From Diplonema japonicum (taxonomy: Eukaryota > Protista > Euglenozoa: Diplonemea): a DNA stretch of 64,000 bases. Position 1 is the stretch's first letter. The number at the start of each line of letters is the position of its first letter. Below, in pieces: positions 10,571-21,723 of the stretch. The position numbers were made by a program, and so were the translations under genes. The stretch is taken from NCBI GenBank assembly GCA_964019335.1, contig OZ025688.1, positions 1-64,000 on the forward strand. Direction: 5' to 3'. Under the pieces are notes generated by a model. That model was given only the letters and a program-made list of their open reading frames with translations, searched no databases and had not been told where the DNA came from.

Positions 10571-11620
10571 CAAAACTCTGACCCCCCATCTTTACTCAGG
10601 CATCCGGCATAGTGAGTGGAGTAGGTCCCTTCTTTCCACACCAGATATCCTCCGTGATACACACTCACGATGTGCCTCAGCCCATCAACACTGTTGAAAT
10701 AAACACAGAATAAGAGATGAGATAAAGGAGGTTCCTGTTCTGGAACGTCCTCGCTGGTGGAGTGCCTGTCAAAACGCATGATGCAGGTATTCACCCTCAT
10801 CGCCGACTCTGGCTTGCTTGACTGGGCCAGATCCGGGGTCTTCACGTCGCCGTCTGCAGCAACGGCAGGTACCGCTGCCCTTTCGTAATCCCGCCCCCGC
10901 CGGCTGCCTTGACGCCGGCCCTGCGGCCCCCGTGTTGCGCTGAAGTGAGTAGGGTGAGATCAACTTTTCAATTCTTTTAGTGTTTACATTCCCTTCCCTT
11001 CTCTTCCACTTCCTCTATCCTTTTCTTTACGTTATCATCATCATCTGGCGTCTGGCCTTTCTCTTACCAGTATGCCCGTCCCCCCCCCCCCCCTTTAAAC
11101 TTTTAAAATTTAAAATTAACATCCTCTTGTTGTCGTGTGCCCTGACATTGTAGTCAAAACGGATGGCCCAGCCTACTCTGAAGTTGCCCTGATGAGTCCT
11201 CTCATCTTCACACGAACGAGTGTGGTACAGCCATCCCCTCCCCCCGCCAGCCGGAGTGCAGTGGGGAGAGCAAATGCTTCCCCTATCATCCCCATGTGCA
11301 CACACACACTCGCTTCCCCTTTTGATTTTGAGAGATTTTACTCTCACCCTTTCATGTTTCGCTCAATGGAGCAATCCCTCTCGAGGGGGCGACCAGGGCC
11401 AGTTCCGGTCACCAGAGGTCCCAGTTGAGAAAAACGACGAACTGGGGTCAAGGTCCCGTCCGAGTCACGTAGGTCTACGCGGCTTGGAATTAAAGTAATT
11501 CAGCCCTCTTCGGCTGTTCCAAACAGGTGCACGGGTTGGTGGGGTCCACAGCTCCATCTGATTGCAGAAGAACTGGTCTTCGCCCTCCCTGTAATATTTC
11601 CATGCTTCCCTTCACCTTTC

Positions 11621-11667
11621 CCCTTCCCAGGTGTTGCTCCCCCATGGTGGCACCTATTGGTATTTTG

Positions 11668-11703
<36 letters not shown>

Positions 11704-11800
11704 TTTTGAATTTCCCCTTTTCTCAGGTGTTGCTCTCCATGGCGGCCCTGCATTGGTATTTTGAAAAAAAAAAAAAAAAAAAAAAAAGAGTTTTGAATTC
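11621..11800 (+). repeat. Tandem duplication of about 90 bp containing long poly(A) tracts
   Basis: CAGGTGTTGCTC..CCATGG..ATTGGTATTTTG(A)nGAGTTTTGAATT twice, directly abutting the tRNA-like unit. Confidence 0.9.
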
Positions 11801-11887
11801 CTGTGTGGTAGAGTGGTTACCGTGCTCACCTGTCAGGCCCCCTTGTTCCAGGAGTCGCGGGTTCGAATCCCGACACAGTGGTTTTTT
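11799..11887 (+). tRNA. tRNA-Asp(GTC)-like Pol III unit with a disrupted anticodon arm (pseudo-tRNA or SINE head)
   Basis: A box TGGTAGAGTGG, B box GGTTCGAATCC, acceptor TCCTGTG/CACAGTG (one mismatch), CT-GTC-A at canonical positions 32-37, T6 terminator; extra nucleotides after the anticodon and the 3' anticodon stem does not pair. Confidence 0.6.
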
Positions 11888-12395
11888 CATCAGGGTTCAA
11901 ACCCCACTTGTGCTGTGTTTTTTCTACCAGAGAGCTGCTTCATTTTGTATAGTACAAAGTAAGGCAAATCACCAAAAAAAAATTATTACAAAAAAAAATT
12001 CCATATGTCGAACATTGGGCCCCGGACGCAAATAAATCCATTCCAGCCCTAGAAAAAGCAATTAGAAATTTTTTTAGCTCTTCAAAATGCGGGTTCTGGT
12101 GGGTCACTTAGCGAATATAGAGCGTAATGTTTTTTGGAAATTTTTATCATTTCAGTGGGCTTTGGGATGAGTTTGATTGCTTCTTTTCGTGGGCTTGCTT
12201 TTCATATGGGTTTTGTTTATTCCGAATATTTTCAACGGTGGGCTTTGCTACAAAAACCTTACACAAGTAAGAGTGCTGGCCCAGCGAGCTATGAGGGCAA
12301 AAACCTTCATTTTCTTCTAGAAGATGAGAAATATATTATAGTGCGACATGATCCTCTGCTCAACCCGGCGGACGTGGGAGGCCCTTCTTCGGAAG

Positions 12396-12489
12396 GTTAC
12401 CCGGGACACACCGCATGCATTAAGGACACAACGCGGAACGCAGAAGAAGCTACTGCTCAGCCGAGGTGCACCCTGTAATCAAGTAGACT
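12396..12489 (+). repeat. Dispersed repeat family, copy E (least eroded, CpG-rich)
   Basis: CACACCGCATGCATTAAGGACACAACGCGGAACGCAGAAGAAGCTACTGCTCAGCCGAGGTGCACCCTGTAATCAAGT. Confidence 0.9.
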
Positions 12490-12993
12490 CAGTTGTAGAC
12501 ACAGTTGCTTGTACGCCAGGTGGTTTATAAGCAACCAAAGTCACTCTTCTTCTTTTCCCCCTTTTCTTTTAGAAATCTGGGCAAGAAAAGAAGAGGTTGC
12601 AATTTTGTGCTAATACTATGTGTGATGGATGGGTTGATGCAATTGAGATGGACTCAAGACATTCACTGAAGCATCAAGCCCACTGTGACTGTTTTATGAG
12701 GACACAGTTACACCTGGTGTCAAAAACTCCATCTTGACACAGCAGAAGATAGGACACACTAGTGTGGTGAACCCAGTCACATGCTGTTTCTGAAGTACGC
12801 TGTAACTGTAGTTTCTGTGCCCTGAGATGTGTGTGTTGCACATTTTGCCTTTACCCTTTCTTCACTGAACCCTTCTAAATATTCTACAATGGCGTGTTTT
12901 GGCCAAACCAAACCCTTATGATCATCCCCTTCCTTTTTTTTGTTTTTTCCAAAGAAAAAACATCACTACAGAACCTTTATAACTCACAAAAAT

Positions 12994-14281
12994 ATGTCCC
13001 TTGGGTTGGTGCCAGCTGGTTATCAGCAGACAGCTCCTGTAGTGCCTGGGGTATGCGACACCAACACTGAGTGCAATGCCTTACAGCAGCAACCACAATA
13101 CTTCCAGGCAGCAGGGCAGCAGGTGCTGGTTGACCCAAACCAACCACAGGTATTAACATATTACGTTCTATCTATCTCAGGTTGTTGCTCTTCCTCCTGC
13201 AGGACACATCCAACAGCAGCCTCAGTATATAATCCAGCAACCTAATGTGTTTGGTGGTGCCATTGGTGGCATCAGCATTGATCAAGGGCAAGCGAACCAA
13301 TTTACCCAAGCGGGTGTTGTGGGTGTGGCAAACGGTCTGCAGGGCGGTGTTGTTACTGCCCCACTAGCCGGAAGCAACAAACCTGTCTTCAAAGGCCTTG
13401 TCAAGAGATGGAATGTGCAGAAGGTATGCTTGCATATCGTGTCACATGCATTAGGGATACGGCTTCATCCAACCTGCTGAAGGCGGTGAGGATGTGTTTG
13501 TGCACCACTCAGTGGTTCACTCACCAGGCTTCAGGAGCTTGCTTGTACACAGTGATGTTGAATACGAAAAAGAGCCTGTTCCGGTATACACCTTGTTTGT
13601 ACAAACGATGAACCAATAATAGAACCAACCGAACCGCTTCAGAGCCACAAAGGTGACTGGAGCAGGAGGCGGGTTTGTCAAGGGAGCCAATAATGGTATA
13701 AATACTCTTTTGTTTAGTGGAGATAACATGGAGATATAAGAAGTACATCAGATGTGTTGTTCGCTGTTGACCTCCTCGTAGGTCATCACCGGTAGCACCT
13801 AGCAAACTGTACGAGAATCTTGGTTACTGCCCCCCCCCCCCCCCCCCCCCGGCTGGGGATGAGCTCACATCGCACAACGAGTGCCGAGGTGCTTCTTGTA
13901 ATCAAGTCTTGTGCAGGGCGCCACCACACTGGTCTCCTTTATCTCTTCTTATTTTTTTTTTGAGTCACACAAACAGTTTCTGTACCCCAGCAACAGCAAC
14001 AGCAACAGCAGCAGCAGCAGCAACCGCAACAGCAACCGCAACAGCAGCAATTGCAACCGCAGCAGCAACAGCAGATGCCACAGCAACAAATACTCCTTCA
14101 GCAGCCGCAGCAGTCACAGCTGCAGACTCAGCAGGTCAGACCAGCTGTGGCCATGACAGGTGTGGCACAGCCCGCAGCAGGTGTTCAGCCAATGTACCAA
14201 CTGGTTCCCATGAACCAAATGCAGCAGCCTTTAGCGGTGCCAGGGGTGACTGCTGCTCAGCCAGTTCAGAACGCCAACTAG
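12994..14281 (+). CDS. Cold-shock domain RNA-binding protein with Q-rich termini (5 exons)
   Basis: Spliced frame gives [46 protein letters not shown]. Introns 13150-13180, 13424-13454, 13584-13622 and 13696-13976 join the frames to the TAG at 14281. Confidence 0.9.
13883..13930 (+). repeat. Dispersed repeat family, copy F, inside the only long intron
   Basis: GCCGAGGTGCTTCTTGTAATCAAGTCTTGTGCAGGGCGCCACCA matches the ends of copies D and E. Confidence 0.75.
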
Positions 14282-16292
14282 AAGAGAAAAAAAGGAGAAA
14301 ACTAAGCAACAATTAACAAAATGAGACAAAAAAGTAAAAGAAGATTAAGGAATGATGATGTTCTACCCGACATGGTAAGAGGTAAAGAAAATGATTCCAT
14401 ATAGAAGAGAAAGAGAAGAAGAGGAAGAAAGAAAAGAAAGGAAAAGGAAATAGTTGTGGGTAAAGTATTCATTGAAAAGGGGGCAAAGGTTTCGAAGACA
14501 AAAAAGAGAATAAAAGAAACACTGCTTCTAGCTTTATTTCCTTACGTGGTGCTATCTTTTTAAGTTGCCACATATGCCTGTTCCTGTAAACCTCTTCTCT
14601 GGTTCTGGTGCCAAGGTTGTGGTGTGCTTCAATCATAGTCACCCGCTCTAGTACCTCTTATGTTCTATCTCCCTCTCCTCTGATGGTACGAATGGAAATG
14701 AAAATAACTATTTATGGCACTAAGCGATAAGGCTTCTATCTGCACCAGATGTACAGAAAGAACACATTATGTGCCGTGTACAAGATTTTATTTCAGCCCA
14801 ACAAATCTGCCCATGTTTATTGCCCCCCCCCCCCCCCCCCTCCTTTCCTTCTATTCTTTTATATTCTTTTATATTCTTTTATTTTCTTTCTTTTATATTT
14901 TCAATTTTTTATTATTTCCTTTTTTTATATTTTTCCTTACAACCGCAATGCAAACTTACACTTATTGTCCTGCCCCCCCACCTGGGGCCGCATCCCTTCT
15001 GTGTTTTTCTTTCTTTTTTTTTTTTGAATATTTTTTATTTTTTATTATTATTTCTGTTGGCCATACTCGTCCTTGGATAGTGGAAATATGGTATAGAAAG
15101 GTTACTCGACCCCTCTTGCCTATTGCCTCATTAAATAGTTATTCTTTCTTCTTGTGTCCACACTGCGGTGGGCTGAATTCTTTTCGCTTCTGTTCTGCCA
15201 CCGAAGTTTTTTCTTTTCTTTTTAGTTTGATATTTTTACTGCAACAGTTCAACACCAGCTTGCCCACCCCCTCCTTTTATTATTATTACTTTTAGTTAAC
15301 TTCCTACCACTCGACGGGTCGGTATGGCCAAATTATTTTTTGCCCTAAAACAAACAGTTTATCCGTTTGTAGCTGTTCTTTCGTTCATGTCATCTCGATT
15401 ATTTTCTTCTTCTTCTTTTTTTTCCTTCTTCTTCTTCTTCTTTTTTTTTTTCTCTTTTTTTTTTTCTTTTTCTTTTCTTGGGATCTGTAACCTATGCCAC
15501 CATGAAAAAGCGGTTTTTTCAGTGAGCCCCCTGCACACTGAGATTTTATCGAGTTTTTGGTTTTTTTTTTTGTTTTATCTTTTTTGTTTTTATTCAATCT
15601 TCTTTGTTAGCTCTTTTTTGTAAGCAAATACAAGAAGGGTTGATTATTTATTTGGTATTTCCCCTCCCCCGTAACCCGAATCACAAACTGGCGTTTTGGG
15701 CTTGTGATTGCGGTTGGCAATATTATTTTTATTTTTATTTACCCCCTCCGAGGATTCTTTTCTTCTTGTCTTTTTTCCTTATTTCTTCTTTTCCTTCTTT
15801 GTATTTTTTTTCTTTTTTAAATATTTTTTGTTGTTGCTGTTTTCCCTTTCTTTCTTTTTTCCCTTTGGCATAGGTATTCTCAAACTTATCTTTTATTTAA
15901 AATAATTTCGCCGTTCTTTATTTCTTTTATCTTTCTTTTTCTTTCTTTTTTACGGAAAATAGACACTGATAACTTCGCTTGAGCCTCACTTCTGCAGCTT
16001 GTTACCCAACAGCAAGCAGCTGAATGGCTTGCGGCCTCTTGCCTCCTCCAGCCAGGTCTAAGGACAGGTGCCTGGCGGGCTTTGATGTTAGCTGCCTTTT
16101 TCTGCACACTTCCAACTGATGATATTTCTACTTCTCTTTTTTTTTGTTCAAGCCCCATTTTCGGTTTGCAATTCCATTCTATGTCTGCGTGCAGCCTCAC
16201 CTGCCGGTGGTACGGAGGCCTTAGGTGCCACTGTGGTCCCGCCTGTAGAGTTCCAATAAGGAAGACACAGTATGGTAAGCTGCATACAAACT

Positions 16293-16335
<43 letters not shown>

Positions 16336-18252
16336 GTCTTTTATTCCTTTTATTTCATTTTATTTATATTTTACAGTGCCATATCTTTTTTTGGGCGCAG
16401 TCAAGAGAAAAAAAAAAGAAGAAAAAAAAAAAAAAAAAGAGGTCTGAATTTGTCTTCGGGTAGGAACTTCATAAAAAAGAATACCTTTTTTTTGCCCCCC
16501 CACCCTTCTTTTTTGAGTTTCATTGTTGGCGGCCTGTTCGTTGCCACCGCATTACATGCCTTGTAACTAAAGTAGAGAACCCCTCTAAAAAAAAGGAAAA
16601 CACAAACAAAGTACTCTTGATGATCATTTCTTTGGATCCTAAGGCTAGTTTTAGTACATGCAAACAGATGCCAGCAGTCTTGACCTCCTCTTTAGGAACT
16701 TGTCCATATTTTTTTTTATTCACTTACCCACCTCCCCCCTTTTTTGTCCCGCTTGTGATTTTATGGCCAGTGTTCACAAGCACCTCTTTGTGGTCGCAGC
16801 CCGTGAGTGCACTACCTGTGCAGGGCTACAGGGACAATGAAGCTTTTACTCTTCTCTTCTTTTTCCTTTCGTTCTTTATTTATCCACCTGTCACTATATT
16901 CACTTCGAGGGTCCTGGCCGCTTTAGAATCCGCCACCAGTGTGGACCGCAACACTAGTGTTACCACAAATATTGGCAGTGTGCTTGGTGTTGGGCCACTG
17001 ACCATGCAGCAATTTGGGGCCTATTAGCATCTTGCTTCCCCCCCTTTTTTTATATTATCTCTCTTTTTTTCATACCCCCCCCTTAAACAAAAAAGAACCT
17101 AAAAAGAAAGAGAACACCCTACTATTTTTTTTTTTGTTCAATGATGTCAAAAAAAAGAAAAGAAATCATCAATTTTACAAGATTCTATTCGAACTTCCAA
17201 CAGTTTTTCAGTTTGCAGTATTTTAGGGGTTTTAAAAAATCGGTCAATTTGGTAAATATTAATTTTTACAAAGTCTAGCTGTTTTCTCGAAGCCATGATT
17301 TTTTTTTTTTTTTTTTTGAATTGCACCATTACATTGGCATCGAAAAGCGTAGGTGATTTCTCAAAGAAAAAAAAATCTCTGTTGATCCCCATTTTTTTTT
17401 GCCCCTTTTTTTTGTTTCCTTTGTCTTTTATTTCGTTTAAACCCTCAGCTTTTTTTCTTGTTATTGTTTTTGTTTTTTGTTTCACCTTTATCCATCTACC
17501 TAGTTCCGTATTTGATGACACAGGAACTACAGGGGAAAGTGGCGCCACCTGGGGTGTCCTGACCTCTCATCGTTGGTGCAGGAGAACTACCTCTCCCGTG
17601 GCACACCCCTTCCCCCCCCGCTATTTCGAAACAAGCTTCTTTTTTTTTTCTAAGAGTAAATCAGTAGTGTGATGGCACTGAGACATGAAAAGAAAAAAGG
17701 AAGAAAAAAAAAGAGAAAAAAGAAGAAAAAAAGTAAATAAGCAGATACGGCTATTTATTCGCAATTTCGTCGGAGTTTTAAAAACAAAAAGATCAGTACC
17801 TCCATAGGAGATGTACCCCAAGAATCCATAACCTGCTTTCAAAGCTAGCTAATGGATGACACCAGAGCAAGTAAATCCTTGCTCACAGTGTTCTGTGTTT
17901 CAATTTTTTTTGTTTTTGTTTCTTTTACAAATAACATTTTCGTAAACATTTGACAAAAGTAGCGAATAAGTGGCCGTATAAAAAGGTAAAATAAAGAAAA
18001 TAAAATAAATTTTTAAAAAAAAAGAAGACAAGGAAAAGAATGCATACTCGCTCACAATACAATAACAATTCAAGCCTAAGGAACGGTAGCGGCAGCTTTG
18101 TGCGTTGCCTGCTACCGGCAATGCCTAACGCCTCGCATCGGCAGCGATACCCAGGTACATAGTCAAAGGCATCATGCCGGGGATAGTAGCTAGTTGTATA
18201 TTCCGATTCGATTTCCTTCCATTCATGCACTCAGTTAGTTCCCCGCATAAAG

Positions 18253-18887
18253 ATGGTCAAGTACTGTTCCGCACCCAAGGACAACGCCAACACGGCGAGG
18301 GCTAAGGTATGTCACATGCAACACACTATACACACCACAGGGGTCTGACCTCAGGGTCCACTTCAAGAACACATGGCAGGTTGCCGATGTGCTCAGGGGT
18401 ATGCCTTTCGTCAAGGCTCAGAAGTACCTGGAGGACGTTATGGAGCACAAGAGGTGCATCCCTTACCACAGGTTCTCCCACGCCGCCGGTAGGACCCCCC
18501 AGGCTAAGGAGTTCGGTCTTACTCAGGGTAGGTGGCCCAGGAAGTCGGTGGAGCTCTTCCAGAACCTTCTCAAGAACGCCGAGTCGAACGCTGACCAGAA
18601 GGGGCTTGAAGTGAAGGACCTTAAGCTCTCGCACGTCGTTGTCCAGAGGGCCCAGAAGATCCGCAGGAGGACCTACAGGGCCCACGGTCGTATTGGGGCC
18701 TACATGGCAAGCCCCTGCCACGTGGAGATGTTCCTGGAAAAGAGGGACGCTACCGTGCCCAAGCCCACTGCGCAGGCTCTCCGTCAGGGCCGCGTCAAGG
18801 TATGCGTGTCACAACACCAACAACCCACCACAGCCCCCCGCACACAAGCGCTTCGGTGACAGGGCCCACAGGTGCACCTACAAATAA
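18253..18887 (+). CDS. RPL17: 60S ribosomal protein L17 (uL22)
   Basis: MVKY..AKGSDLRVHFKNT..GRWPRKS..RRRTYRAHGRI; introns 18307-18340 and 18800-18833. Confidence 0.97.
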
Positions 18888-19032
18888 GCATGTTGCTTTT
18901 CTTCAGTGTGATCAGTAGGATTTTGAAACAACGGATCATCCCCGCCCCCCCCCCCCCCTCCCCCCGTTGTGCTTTACGGTCATACCTTCTTTGGTTCGTT
19001 TTATTACCATCTCAAAGGTAACCGTTACCAAG

Positions 19033-19781
19033 ATGAATGCATTCGAAGTGGAGCAGCTGCTGTTCGAGACGATGGAGTGCAACATGTACAGGTTGCCGCC
19101 TCTGCAGAACACGGCGGGCCACAAAGCTTCGGAGTGGCAGGACAAGATGATCTGGACAGGAATTTGCAAAGGTATGCTTTCGTTATGTCTCATCACCACA
19201 GTGGTTGCAAAGGGCAACACGGCAACTGTCAAGTTGCTGGAGGCCGATGGGACTGTCTTTGCCCAGTGCCCCATCCAAACGGGCGCCGATGTATGTCTGT
19301 CAACACTCGAGAACAAACAACAGGCTCCTAAAAGCATGACACCTGCCATCGATAGCAGCAGGTACTTTGTCCTCCGAATCGAGGACAAGGGAAAGCACGC
19401 TTACATAGGCATCGGTTTCAAGGATAGGGACGAGGCCTTCGATTTCAAGGTGTCTATTACCGACCACAAGAGACAGGAGACGAGATCCGAGTCCCAACCT
19501 GTGTACACAGGACCCAAGCAGGATTTAGAACTTAAACAAGGTGCAAAGATAGTTGTCAATTTGGGAGGCAAAGTGAAGCCTGCGGAGAAGAAGAGCAGGC
19601 CTAGCGGAGGCCTTGCACCCCCCCCATCTCGTGTGATGCCCCCGCCTAGCAATTTCACGAGACCTCCCCAGCAGGTGAAGGCGCCCGAACAAAGCAACCC
19701 TTTCCAACCCGCACCACGTGCAAACCCCCAGCAGCAACAGCAACAGCAACAGCAACCGACACCAAGTCTGTTTCAGCAACC

Positions 19782-19819
<38 letters not shown>

Positions 19820-20345
19820 CGACACCTAGTCTGTTTCAGCAACCACAGCCACAACAACAGCAACAGTCTGCACCTAGTCTTTTTCAGCAGCCTCAGCAGC
19901 AAAACCAGCCGCAGCAGGTACCACAACAACAACAGGTTAACCTGTTTGGACAACAACCGCAGTCCCAGCAGCAGCCGCAGCAACAAGCGTCTGGTCTGGA
20001 CTTCCTTCTAGCTGATCCAAAACCCCATGAAAATAAACCGTTTGACCCGTTCGAAGTAGTGGCACCAAATGCACCAGTACAACAGCAGTTCCAAGCACCT
20101 ATTTACCAGCAGCAGTCTCAGAACCAACAGCCCCTGCAGCAGCCTCTGCAACAACAGCACCAGCCGCCACCACAAACTCATACGAATGGAGATCTCTTGG
20201 ACTTCGGACCTGAAGACACCAAACAAGCAAAAAGCTCAGTATGTTGTACCTACCTTGCACACGCAAACAGGTTCTTGATGCTTTCGCTCCTACACACCAG
20301 CAGCCACCCACCCAGAAGTTGCAAAATTGGGACCCTTTTCAATAG
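19033..20345 (+). CDS. NECAP: NECAP-like adaptin ear-binding protein (PHear domain, Q-rich tail with DPF motifs)
   Basis: GHKASEW, DSSRYFVLRIED, AYIGIGFKDRDEAFDFKV; introns 19172-19201 and 19291-19323 (both in-frame) and 20239-20270; ends WDPFQ*. Confidence 0.9.
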
Positions 20346-20570
20346 TTCTGGAGAGAACATATGGCAAACACATAACTGCTCTTGGTTAGTGTTCAAGAAG
20401 GATATTGCACACACCCGGTTGAGCTGCGGAGTTGCATCCTGCGATCCTTCACCCTGCATTTGCATGTGCCAGTTGACTGGAGGCAGGCAAGCAGGCTCCC
20501 TAGGGGACGCCCCAGAAATTTTGTCTTTATTAGCATTACCATTTAGTACTTTCTTACAGAGAAGACAAAA

Positions 20571-21410
20571 ATGGCTTCGAACGACGAGAAAAAAGAGATC
20601 GCTAAGCAGTTCATTCTGGCCAGCCCCTGTCACGAGTTGAGGCATGTGATCAAAGACGTCAAGGTGCTGGTGGGTGACGAAGAGCTTGTCAAGAGTATAC
20701 TACCCGAAGTAGTCAGCGAGTACAACACAACTAATTTTGTGCCCATCGAAGGCCCATATGGCAACATGGTAGTTATGTGTGAGAGCGGGAAGAAGGAGGG
20801 GACGCTTGATACGTTTTTGGATCCTGTTGCTGGGAAGTATTTCAAAGTGACCGACCACGTGAAGCTGGTTGCAGAGGAGACTGCGGAGACCTCCGTGGCG
20901 TCAGAGGCGAGGGACCAGCTGCAGAGCAAAGTGGATGAATATGTGTCGGCGCACTTCAAGAGCGGCAGCGCGTCTGTTTACGTCACTGGCGACGACAGCT
21001 TTAAAGTGGTGATTAACAGCGAGAAATCGAATCCCGGGTCGTCTTGGTCGGGGAGGTGGAGGTCTTTCCTTGACGTCAGCATGACATCTGCGACAACCGC
21101 CACTGTGAAGGGTACCATCTACAACGACGTCCACTACTACGAAGAGGGCAACGTGCAGATGGACACCTCAAAGGATATCGCAAAGGACATTAAGGGCGAC
21201 TCAGCAGAGCAGTTAACGAAGCGTATTGTGACATTCATCGAAGACTCTGACACCGCCTTCCACATGAAGATCGACGACATGTGCAAGTCCCTCTCCGACA
21301 AGTCTCTCAAAACGCTCCGCAGAAGGCTCCCCGTCTCCAAGCAGCTGTTCAACTTCCAAAGCGGTGCACACAAACTTGCTGCTGAGCTAACGAAGGGCGT
21401 CACGAAGTGA
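20571..21410 (+). CDS. CAPZA: F-actin capping protein alpha subunit
   Basis: FILASPCHELRHVIKDV, WSGRWRS, VHYYEEGNVQ, KTLRRRLPV; intronless. Confidence 0.95.
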   Translation: MASNDEKKEIAKQFILASPCHELRHVIKDVKVLVGDEELVKSILPEVVSEYNTTNFVPIEGPYGNMVVMCESGKKEGTLDTFLDPVAGKYFKVTDHVKLVAEETAETSVASEARDQLQSKVDEYVSAHFKSGSASVYVTGDDSFKVVINSEKSNPGSSWSGRWRSFLDVSMTSATTATVKGTIYNDVHYYEEGNVQMDTSKDIAKDIKGDSAEQLTKRIVTFIEDSDTAFHMKIDDMCKSLSDKSLKTLRRRLPVSKQLFNFQSGAHKLAAELTKGVTK

Positions 21411-21723
21411 TGGTTCTGTCCGCCTTCAGTGTTCTAACCCCGGCCCGAGTGTTAATTCTCCTTAAGATGTCCCTGCTGTTGTGGTGACCTCAGATTGTTT
21501 GTGGTTGCACTTCTTCGTTAGCAGTTGTGAGTGACGCATAATCCACACCTTGTCCAGTGCACGCGTTATTTGGGTTTTTATTTCTTCTTTTTTTTCTTCT
21601 TTCTCTTCGACCCCAAATTCTTTTTTTCCTTTTACTTCTTCCCCAAAGGCATCTTTCCTTCTCTTTATCCCGGTCCCATTTCTCGTTCTGTTCTTCATTC
21701 AGCATGTACTACCCGCAGGAGGG

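Noticed and set aside
11188-11220. CTGATGAG..CGAAC hammerhead-like core
   Set aside because: GAAA is absent and stems I-III cannot be formed convincingly.
9983-11416. TCTGGTGACC / GGTCACCAGA as DNA-transposon terminal inverted repeats
   Set aside because: Only 10 bp, no target-site duplication and no transposase between them.
11500-11798. Divergent snRNA/7SL gene driven by the tRNA-like boxes, as in trypanosomatids
   Set aside because: The minus strand immediately meets long T runs (Pol III terminators) and shows no snRNA motifs.
13973-13985. ACAGTTTCTGTAC, matching the conserved core of euglenozoan spliced leaders
   Set aside because: It spans an intron/exon junction of the cold-shock gene; the flanks do not match an SL exon and no GTATG donor follows.
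14300-18000. F/K-rich ORFs in long spacers (also 27.7-28.9, 51-52.7 and 56-59 kb)
   Set aside because: Products of poly-T/poly-A low complexity with no domain signal.
20346-20640. Apparent NECAP/CAPZA overlap in the ORF track
   Set aside because: Splicing of 20239-20270 ends NECAP at 20345.
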